Assembly: GCA_017475605.1 (NCBI GenBank)
Contig: JAFVFD010000004.1
Span: forward strand, 1 to 32,000
Length of the DNA stretch: 32,000 nt
Direction of reading: 5' to 3'
DNA from: Alphaproteobacteria bacterium
Lineage (GTDB): Bacteria; Pseudomonadota; Alphaproteobacteria; Rs-D84
The notes under the pieces were generated by a model that did no database searches, was not told where the DNA came from, and was given only the letters and a program-made list of their open reading frames with translations. Shown here piece after piece: positions 18,210 through 25,472 of the stretch. Numbering within the stretch: position 1 is the stretch's first letter; the number at the start of each line of letters is the position of its first letter. Made by a program: the position numbers and the translations under genes.

Positions 18210-18235
18210 AAATCCACCCGAAAGGGTGGTTTTTA
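18208..18235. terminator. Bidirectional terminator between nrdG and the convergent 524-aa gene
   Basis: CCACCC-gaaa-GGGTGG hairpin at 18214..18229, flanked by AAAAAT and TTTTTAT. Confidence 0.7.
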
Positions 18236-18236
18236 T

Positions 18237-19811
18237 TTAATTTGCGGAATGTCTGTGAATATATTTTTTTATTCGCCTATTTCGTTGTTTAAGAAATGCC
18301 ATTTCTTTTCTTGCTAAAACACGCCATTCGCGTACATTACTGGGGTAACCAGCAAATCGTTCATCGTCTTTTGTGTTGCGTCTAAGGAATATTTTAACCG
18401 CATACTTTCCACGTTTTTTCTTGACCAAATCTTGCAGCAAGAAAAAATCTATATATTCTTCAAACGTCCCGAACAGATTGAAAAACCAGGCATCCGCACT
18501 TAAAACATTTGTTAATGGTGTCGGGGTGTTTTTATCTTCGTACCAAATACGAATACATTCCATTGTTAAATCTATTCTGTCCGCCAGAACATATATATTT
18601 CCCCTTGATTGATTAACAGATTTCGGATCTTTTGGGAAAATCAGATTGCCACCGATGGTATAAGATTTATGAATATAAGTGTTTTTTCTTTTTTGATAAT
18701 TTCTGTCCTTCTCTAATTTTGTCAGTATCGGCATAATAAAGCGGTTATTGTGATGCGTATATAGATTGACAATGGTGTCCGCCCCCAACCTTTTAGTATC
18801 GTCGCCATTATAGCAAAGATAGTTTTCCATAAACGGCGATTCCGTTAATTTAAAGGGTTTTCCATTTGGCAAATCTTTATTATTCCACAGTAAAAAATGA
18901 TATCTGCGCAACAGTCTAGATTTCAAATCGGGGTCATTGTCAGAATTGTCCGTATTCCATAAATTGATTTCACAATCGTCTGAAAAATCGTGTTTTACAT
19001 CTATATCTTTTAAACACTTACATTGTTCGAACGCATCGCAATTTTTTTTCAGTTCCGCCATTTTTATACCATTTTGTTTTTGTAAATTATAATAAACATC
19101 TCGTACTGCATTTGGCAATTCATCGCCGTTTTTAGCATATTTAAGCGATGCATTTTGCCCGATTATTTTACAACCATTATAATTTCCCCCAAATATTTCA
19201 TATTTAAGTTTACCAATTGCTACTGTCTTTTTTATTGGTAATGTTATATTAAAATATTTTTCCATTTGTTCTTTGGCAGAACGGCCATTTACATAGATTG
19301 CTTCAAATGGCGATTCTGCCATTATTTGTTTCAGCAAACCATAACTGGCCAACGCACGATTTTTTATCAATTCGTTTTCATTCGCCCATGATTTTTTTGT
19401 TGCCCATGGGTATATATCCAGATGCACCAGAGTATCGTTATAATAGGATGCACCGAATAATTTATTCCCCATGTTTTCCATTTTATTGAACCAGTCATAT
19501 GGGTTGTTTTGGAAATATCCAATCAAAGATTCATAAACACATTCTGCATCAGTCTGACTTAACACATCGGTATCCATACACATCAAAGAACCTCTATCAA
19601 CAAATCGTTTATTGGTCCCCGTTAACAAAACACCACTGTTATTTGTAAATTCCAGTCCTGATGGATTGATGCCAATTGTCGCAAAACGCGCCTTTTCCGC
19701 ATTGCCAAAGAAAACCACAGGCACAGATTTTTCCACAATATCCATATTTTCCGGAATCGGATTTTCAAGATAGTTTATAATATATGCCCTTAATTTATTA
19801 CTAATACCCAT
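18237..19811 (-). CDS. Two-domain protein of unknown function, 524 aa (N-terminal half with Mug/UDG-superfamily-like motifs; C-terminal half unassigned)
   Basis: AGGGGG SD 9 nt before the ATG, and 67 nt downstream of the co-oriented ATPase gene. Residues 32-55, VVFFGNAEKARFATIGINPSGLEF, resemble the Mug motif VVFCGINPGLSS. The gene is strikingly AT-rich (12/60 G+C at 18661..18720 by hand count). Confidence 0.7.
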   Translation of the reverse strand: MGISNKLRAYIINYLENPIPENMDIVEKSVPVVFFGNAEKARFATIGINPSGLEFTNNSGVLLTGTNKRFVDRGSLMCMDTDVLSQTDAECVYESLIGYFQNNPYDWFNKMENMGNKLFGASYYNDTLVHLDIYPWATKKSWANENELIKNRALASYGLLKQIMAESPFEAIYVNGRSAKEQMEKYFNITLPIKKTVAIGKLKYEIFGGNYNGCKIIGQNASLKYAKNGDELPNAVRDVYYNLQKQNGIKMAELKKNCDAFEQCKCLKDIDVKHDFSDDCEINLWNTDNSDNDPDLKSRLLRRYHFLLWNNKDLPNGKPFKLTESPFMENYLCYNGDDTKRLGADTIVNLYTHHNNRFIMPILTKLEKDRNYQKRKNTYIHKSYTIGGNLIFPKDPKSVNQSRGNIYVLADRIDLTMECIRIWYEDKNTPTPLTNVLSADAWFFNLFGTFEEYIDFFLLQDLVKKKRGKYAVKIFLRRNTKDDERFAGYPSNVREWRVLARKEMAFLKQRNRRIKKYIHRHSAN

Positions 19812-19878
19812 TTATTATACCCCCTGATGTCCTGTTTTAAAATTATCATACAAAGTAATGGCATATTATGCTACGACT

Positions 19879-21948
19879 TTATTTAGCAAAGCCGATTTTT
19901 GCGTGGGTTGTTTCCCCCTTGACCGATTGTTCGGCGCGCAACATAGATATCAATTCAGATTTATCTGTGATATCCATAATTTCCGCCTTGGACTTTACAA
20001 CGCTAAAATCACCGGGGGCTAATTTAGTAAGGTCTGTAACATCGGCCACTGTAACAACCACCCCAAAGAAATCGTGAAACGCACGCACAACCATTTCCGG
20101 TGTTAAATAATCGTATTTAACCTTGAACGAGAATCGTCGCAGGGATGCCTTGTCCAAAGTATTCATAAGGTTTGTCGTACAAATAAACGGGTATTGCGCC
20201 GCCTCCATCTGGGTCAGCATTTCATTCACACAGCCTATTTCCCAACTGTGCATCGCATGCGACCGGTCGGTTAAAAAACTGTCCGCTTCATCAAATACCA
20301 ATATCGCCTTTTTCGCATTTGCTTCGGCAAAGGCGCGTGCGATATTTTGTTCTGTTTCACCGACAAACGCGCTTTTTAAATCACTGGCCCGTTTCTTTAA
20401 CAGCGGCATTCCCAGCGTTTCCGCCAAATATGTCGCATATGCCGTTTTACCCGTTCCCGGCGCGCCATACAGGCACAACGAAAATCGACGCATATTTTTA
20501 TCTTTGATTTTGTCCGCCAACACCTTTAAATCGGTATCCGTATTTAACAGCGAAACATCAAACGCAACCCCATTGTCATTTTTAATCGCTGGCGCAACCC
20601 CGGTCATCGCCATTGTTAAATTATCCAACGTATATTCAATAATATTTTCATCACCTAAAACCTTGGCATTTTTAACGGCGGTATCAACCAATGCCATTGG
20701 AACATTGTATTTGCCAATCAATTTTTTTAACCTTTCTGGCGACACCCCAAGATTATATTTATCGAACACGCGTTGCCATGCGTTTTGTTTCGCCGCATCA
20801 CCCGGATCAGACATTTTCAATGCAAATGTAAAACGACGAATATATGCCCGGTCCATTGTCCGAATATTATTCGTAATCCAAATAACAGGCTTTTTATTTT
20901 TTTCCAACTTGTTGTTTATATATAACTTGCTGGGGGTATTAACATTAAACGGATTCAATGAAAATACATCTTCGGCTTCGTCAAACAACACGATACTGTT
21001 GGTATCTTGCTTTAATATTGTTTGAACCTGGGCCAGATTGCTTAACCGCGCATCTTTATCGCTTTTTTCTGCATTGGTGGCATATAAATCTTTGCCGATA
21101 TCCGCACAGACTGCCTTGGCAAATTCGGTTTTTCCACACCCCGGTTCACCATACAGCAATATATTTACCCCGACTGTATCCGATTCAGTTGCGTGGCGCA
21201 GTATTTCCTTGATTTTATCAAAGTCATCGGCAATATATTCAAAGTTATTTTTCGTTAATTCTGTTTTAAGCGGTTCGCCCACAATAAGATTTCGCACATC
21301 GCGTGGTGTATCAAAATGCATCCCCAGCAGTTTTTTAAACATTACCGAAAAATCGTTATCACCAAATTTCTGAACCAATATGCCAGATTCAAACAGCGGA
21401 CTGTTTTGCGCCATGGCGCGCTGGATATTTTCAAGTGGCACCCCGGTCAACACCGCCAGGAAATCTTCACTTTCTTCACTCATAATATCGTTGCGCATGA
21501 TAACAAATTCATTTATAACGCGACGCAGCGGTTGAACCCGATTGATAGCCACAAATGCCTGTAAAATCGGCCGGCAATAGTCCGGCAAATAAAATGCATC
21601 ACACAACACATTAAAGTTTTTATCAAATGTTGGTTGCGTAATATCTACGACAAGTTCTGAACGGTATGCGTCCAGTATTTTGGACAAAGTATCCTGTGTT
21701 TTTTTATTTGGGACCATATCACACACGACAACCCTGCCCTGAAGCAGATTTTCCAAAAACACAGATTTACACTCGGTCGACACATGACCGGGCGCATCTT
21801 CTATCAATTTGCGAAAATCAAACCCGAACAAATCTTCGGAATAACGCGCAACGAATCTAAAGAATGTATCATAGTCATTGGGTTCGGCTTCGCCCGCAAC
21901 CAGGTTCTTTAAATAGTACAACGTTATTTGTCTTTCTTTTATGTTCAT
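19879..21948 (-). CDS. Tandem classical-AAA+ ATPase, 689 aa (about 250-aa unknown N-domain plus two AAA modules)
   Basis: AAA-1 has Walker A GEPGCGKT, Walker B IVLFDEAED, sensor VIWITNN and RRFTF. AAA-2 has Walker A GAPGTGKT, FVGETEQNIARAFAEA, Walker B ILVFDEADSF, FICTTNL and SLRRFSF (classical FtsH/Cdc48-like clade). AAGGA SD precedes the start. Confidence 0.85.
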   Translation of the reverse strand: MNIKERQITLYYLKNLVAGEAEPNDYDTFFRFVARYSEDLFGFDFRKLIEDAPGHVSTECKSVFLENLLQGRVVVCDMVPNKKTQDTLSKILDAYRSELVVDITQPTFDKNFNVLCDAFYLPDYCRPILQAFVAINRVQPLRRVINEFVIMRNDIMSEESEDFLAVLTGVPLENIQRAMAQNSPLFESGILVQKFGDNDFSVMFKKLLGMHFDTPRDVRNLIVGEPLKTELTKNNFEYIADDFDKIKEILRHATESDTVGVNILLYGEPGCGKTEFAKAVCADIGKDLYATNAEKSDKDARLSNLAQVQTILKQDTNSIVLFDEAEDVFSLNPFNVNTPSKLYINNKLEKNKKPVIWITNNIRTMDRAYIRRFTFALKMSDPGDAAKQNAWQRVFDKYNLGVSPERLKKLIGKYNVPMALVDTAVKNAKVLGDENIIEYTLDNLTMAMTGVAPAIKNDNGVAFDVSLLNTDTDLKVLADKIKDKNMRRFSLCLYGAPGTGKTAYATYLAETLGMPLLKKRASDLKSAFVGETEQNIARAFAEANAKKAILVFDEADSFLTDRSHAMHSWEIGCVNEMLTQMEAAQYPFICTTNLMNTLDKASLRRFSFKVKYDYLTPEMVVRAFHDFFGVVVTVADVTDLTKLAPGDFSVVKSKAEIMDITDKSELISMLRAEQSVKGETTHAKIGFAK

Positions 21949-21994
21949 GTGTTGTCCTTTTTTGTTATTTCATTTTTATTATGGTATCTTGTCT

Positions 21995-22009
21995 GGACAA
22001 AAATGGTCC
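21995..22009. promoter_or_regulatory. Candidate operator GGACAAAAATGGTCC (copy 1), between the divergent ATPase-operon and WYL-regulator promoters
   Basis: Exact 15-mer also present at 23375..23389. It contains GGAC/GTCC inverted half-sites and lies 47-61 nt upstream of the ATPase ATG. On the minus strand its TTGTCC overlaps a plausible -35. Confidence 0.5.
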
Positions 22010-22018
22010 TTTTTATAA

Positions 22019-22047
22019 TTGCGATTTCATTATTTTGATGATATAAT
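22019..22047 (+). promoter_or_regulatory. Putative sigma70 promoter of the WYL regulator gene (TTGCGA-17 nt-TATAAT)
   Basis: TTGCGA at 22019..22024 and TATAAT at 22042..22047, 10 nt downstream of the candidate operator. Confidence 0.5.
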
Positions 22048-22076
22048 TGTAAAAAGCACAGAAATCGGGGGTAAAA

Positions 22077-23141
22077 ATGCGTAAAAACTTTGCCAGAACC
22101 CATATCATGATTGACTTAATTACCATGCTTCAAGTTAACCCAATGACCGAGCAGGAAATTAAGCAGTTTTTATACTCGCAATACCGGGCCAGGCACCTTT
22201 TACGTCGTGGCACATACGAAATAAGCGACAAAACCGTCCAACGTTGGCTTTCCGATATAAAAAAGGAATATCCCGGTTGCCTTACCAAAGAAGGCGAAGA
22301 CCCCGAAACCGAAAAACCCAGATACCAATTATACATTGATGATTACCCCGCAGTGATTGAAGAAACCGAATTACAGGCCCTGCACAACGCAATCAAGCGC
22401 ATTTCCAATGACCCAAATGCCCGGGCGACATTGGGACTTTTAGAGGCAAAATTGTGGAACCGCTTTCAAACCGTCATGAAACACAAATCAACAAATGCCG
22501 CCACATACTATCGCGAATTAAATGAATCAGATATGCTTATCAATTCGGAAATGGTTGTGGTCGGCCCCCGCGCCCGATTTGACATTGACCCGAATATAAA
22601 AAAGACCATAGACAAGGCAATCGTAAAATCTGAAAAAGTTATCATTGAATATCATGGCGCAAAACGAACAATTCGACCAATGGGTGTGTTTTACGGCGAC
22701 AACAATGTATATCTGGTTGCGTTTGCGGAAAAAGATGGCAAACCGGTTGACACGACCCCATGGACATACAGATTGTCTGATATTACCGATGCCCGCAACA
22801 CACGCCAAAGATTCCCCAGCGACCCGACATTTTCAATAAAAGATTATACAAATAAAATGTTCGGGGTGTACAACGATCGTAACATATACGATATTGAATG
22901 GCTTATTGACAAGTCCGTTGTGCCCGAGGCTAAACGTTACACATTCCACCCGTCCCAGGGGGATTTTATCGATAACCCAGATGGTTCCGCGACCCTGCGT
23001 ATGCGTTGTGGCGGGCTGGATGCGATTTGTTCCCACCTGTTCCAATGGAACGGCAAAATCACACCCGTTGCCCCCGCCGAATTGGTCGCACGATATCGCG
23101 AACGGTTAAAAAACACATTAGCAACATTACCCGCGAAATAA
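22077..23141 (+). CDS. WYL-domain transcriptional regulator (wHTH-WYL-C-terminal extension; BrxR/CapW-like), 354 aa
   Basis: N-terminal wHTH (MIDLITMLQVNPMTEQEI...DKTVQRWLSDI). WYL-type core (VIIEYHGAKRTIRPMGVFYGDNNVYLVAFAEKDGKP...TYRLSDITDA). GGGGG SD precedes the start. Confidence 0.75.
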   Translation: MRKNFARTHIMIDLITMLQVNPMTEQEIKQFLYSQYRARHLLRRGTYEISDKTVQRWLSDIKKEYPGCLTKEGEDPETEKPRYQLYIDDYPAVIEETELQALHNAIKRISNDPNARATLGLLEAKLWNRFQTVMKHKSTNAATYYRELNESDMLINSEMVVVGPRARFDIDPNIKKTIDKAIVKSEKVIIEYHGAKRTIRPMGVFYGDNNVYLVAFAEKDGKPVDTTPWTYRLSDITDARNTRQRFPSDPTFSIKDYTNKMFGVYNDRNIYDIEWLIDKSVVPEAKRYTFHPSQGDFIDNPDGSATLRMRCGGLDAICSHLFQWNGKITPVAPAELVARYRERLKNTLATLPAK

Positions 23142-23145
23142 ACCG

Positions 23146-23328
23146 CTATCTTGAAAAAAGAAAGCGTCCGCGTTCATCATAAACCGTTGTAATATTACCA
23201 ACCCGAACACTTACGGTTGAATCATTATATCCAACCAGTGTCCCGGAAAGAGTACATTTGAATTCACCGCGTGTACCGTATACAGTTACGATGTTATTGC
23301 CGGTTTGTTTTACAAGTCCTATTGACAT
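23146..23328 (-). CDS. Small beta-rich protein with an internal repeat, 60 aa
   Basis: AAGGA SD at the same spacing as the ATPase gene. The 5' region is paralogous to that of the ATPase operon. Internal repeat: NIVTVYGTRGEF / NITTVYDERGRF. Confidence 0.55.
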   Translation of the reverse strand: MSIGLVKQTGNNIVTVYGTRGEFKCTLSGTLVGYNDSTVSVRVGNITTVYDERGRFLFSR

Positions 23329-23374
23329 GGCATATCCTTTTTTGTTTCTGCATTTACATTATTACATGCCCCGC

Positions 23375-23389
23375 GGACAAAAATGGTCC
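23375..23389. promoter_or_regulatory. Candidate operator GGACAAAAATGGTCC (copy 2), upstream of the 60-aa ORF
   Basis: Identical 15-mer at the identical distance (47-61 nt) from the start codon as copy 1. It is followed by an extra half-site, AGGACAAAAAA. Confidence 0.5.
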
Positions 23390-23455
23390 AAGGACAAAAA
23401 AGAAAAAACAAAAAATACCCATTCGGGCATTTATACATCTAATTTCTAAAACAAT

Positions 23456-23484
23456 TTGTCAAAAACATCAATATCTATTATAAT
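23456..23484 (+). promoter_or_regulatory. Putative sigma70 promoter of mcrBC (TTGTCA-17 nt-TATAAT)
   Basis: TTGTCA at 23456..23461 and TATAAT at 23479..23484, 41 nt before the mcrB ATG. Confidence 0.55.
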
Positions 23485-23525
23485 GTTCAATATATAATTC
23501 AACCACAACAATAGGAAATGTTGTT

Positions 23526-25472
23526 ATGAACCAAGACAAACTTTCAACTTTATTATCGTTGTATAAAGAACATTTTTCAACAAACTGGGAAAAAGAAAAT
23601 TATAAATGGGTTGCTGTCAAACAATTCCAAGACAATTGGGACATCGATGCGACAGATTTCTATACCATGCTGGATAACAGTTTAAAGGAAACAGACAATC
23701 TTTTAACCAGCGCAGGTTTTTTCCCAAAACTTATGATTTTGCGTTTTGCTGAAAAATATCCGTCACAGGTACGCAAAATGTTTCGTACTTTATTTGACGA
23801 AACAAAACCACTTGCTGGGCGCATCAAATCTTTCCAGGAATCATCTGATAAATTGATGGATTCATACGGCCAAGCCGGACATCACTACCAAAACGAAAAT
23901 ACAATCAGTATATATTTGTGGCTGCGTTATCCGGAAAAGTACTATATTTACAAATACAAGGTATGCAAAAATGTGATTTCGTTGTTGGATGCGCCGTATA
24001 AAATAAAAAAAGGCGAATCCTTTGACAATTTAACATCTTGTTTCGCCCTGTACAACGATATTCAAGAAGTTATGTTACGCGACAATGATTTAAAGACAAT
24101 CCTGCGTGAACATATCGGCAAAAATCATTACAAGGACACTAAATTGCACACAGCCGTATCGGATTTTTGCTTCTTTATAACAAAACAAACACAAACAACA
24201 GATGACGAACAAAAATCTTCGCACACATCTGGTGGTAAAAACTATTGGTGGTTAAACGCAAATCCAAAGATATGGCAATTTTCAACTGTTGCTGTCGGCC
24301 AAGAAGAAAGTTATACCGTATATAACGAAGGCCACCCCAGACGAATACACCAAAACTTTTTGGACGCAAAACCCGGCGATATTGTTATCGGATATCAGGC
24401 ATCACCAACAAAACAAATAACCGCCATATGCGAAATTACCAGATCTCAAGATGGAAATAATCTGTATTTTAAAAAAACGCAAGATGTTGATACACCTGTT
24501 GACTACAAAACCTTGCAAAATATGCCTGAACTGTCCAATATGCAGTTTTTCCAAAACCCCAACGGCAGTTTATTCAAATTAACACAAGAAGAATACGAAG
24601 CAATCATGCGAAAAATAAATAACACCACATATACCAAACAAGACTTCTTAAACGAAGTGTTTATGACTGAAGAAAAATACGACGATATCGTAGCCTTGCT
24701 TGAAAGAAAAAAGAATATTATTTTACAGGGCGCACCAGGGGTTGGAAAAACCTATGCCGCCAAACGTTTAGCCTATTCCATAATCGGCCAAAAAGATGAA
24801 TCTCGCATAAAAATGGTACAATTCCACCAAAATTATGCGTATGAAGACTTTGTCCTGGGATACAAACCAAACGGAAATGGTTTTGAATTAAAGACAGGTA
24901 TCTTTTATAACTTTTGTACCGTCGCCGCACAAGATCCGGACCAACCGTACTTCTTTATTATTGATGAAATTAACCGCGGTAATTTAAGCAAGATTTTTGG
25001 TGAATTGTTAATGATGATTGAACCAGAATATCGTGGCAAGTCGGTAACTTTGGCATATACCGACGAACCGTTTATCGTCCCACGTAATGTATACATTATT
25101 GGTATGATGAATACCGCCGATCGCAGTTTGGCATTAATTGACTATGCCCTGCGCCGTAGATTCGGTTTTGTGGGTATGGAACCAGGTTTTGATTCGGTTG
25201 GGTTTCAAAAATATTTATCAATGAATCAAAAACTTGCTCCATTAGTGGAAGCGATACAGACAATAAATCAAGACATCGCAAAAGATCCGTCTTTGGGGCC
25301 AGGATTCTGTATCGGACACAGTTATCTTTGTCCGACCATGGGTTCCGACAAAGCTGTAAATATTGAATCTATTATTACATACGATTTAATTCCACTTATC
25401 GAAGAATACTGGTTTGATAATGACAGCAAAAAGAGCCAACATATAAATACTCTAAAAGAACTGCTGAAATGA
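23526..25472 (+). CDS. mcrB: McrB-family GTPase subunit of a type IV restriction system, 648 aa, with extra N-terminal domains
   Basis: The C-terminal half has McrB signatures: GAPGVGKT, VQFHQNYAYEDFVLGY, FFIIDEINRGNLSKIFGELLMMIE, YIIGMMNTADRSLALIDYALRRRF. The middle (about residues 240-360) is PUA/EVE-like: NYWWLNANPKIW...GDIVIGYQASPTKQITAICEI. Confidence 0.9.
   Translation: MNQDKLSTLLSLYKEHFSTNWEKENYKWVAVKQFQDNWDIDATDFYTMLDNSLKETDNLLTSAGFFPKLMILRFAEKYPSQVRKMFRTLFDETKPLAGRIKSFQESSDKLMDSYGQAGHHYQNENTISIYLWLRYPEKYYIYKYKVCKNVISLLDAPYKIKKGESFDNLTSCFALYNDIQEVMLRDNDLKTILREHIGKNHYKDTKLHTAVSDFCFFITKQTQTTDDEQKSSHTSGGKNYWWLNANPKIWQFSTVAVGQEESYTVYNEGHPRRIHQNFLDAKPGDIVIGYQASPTKQITAICEITRSQDGNNLYFKKTQDVDTPVDYKTLQNMPELSNMQFFQNPNGSLFKLTQEEYEAIMRKINNTTYTKQDFLNEVFMTEEKYDDIVALLERKKNIILQGAPGVGKTYAAKRLAYSIIGQKDESRIKMVQFHQNYAYEDFVLGYKPNGNGFELKTGIFYNFCTVAAQDPDQPYFFIIDEINRGNLSKIFGELLMMIEPEYRGKSVTLAYTDEPFIVPRNVYIIGMMNTADRSLALIDYALRRRFGFVGMEPGFDSVGFQKYLSMNQKLAPLVEAIQTINQDIAKDPSLGPGFCIGHSYLCPTMGSDKAVNIESIITYDLIPLIEEYWFDNDSKKSQHINTLKELLK

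Noticed and set aside
18200-18260. Search for an att-type direct repeat of the tRNA-Ser 3' end at the left edge of the island
   Set aside because: There is only a weak resemblance of about 9/12 (ATTTGCGGAATG versus TATGGCGGATGG), which is not distinguishable from chance. No integrase is present to support an att site.
20123-21025. 300-aa plus-strand ORF inside the AAA+ ATPase gene
   Set aside because: It is antisense to an ORF with unmistakable Walker A/B motifs. Its own translation is low-complexity (S/F/A/N-rich) with no motif.
23401-23430. Hairpin ATACCC-attc-GGGCAT between the operator and the mcrB promoter, as a functional terminator
   Set aside because: It has a mismatch in the stem and no transcription unit that would need terminating on either strand. 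It resembles the real mcrC/tRNA-Ser terminator (26607..26622) and may be a degenerate copy, but it is not supported as a feature.
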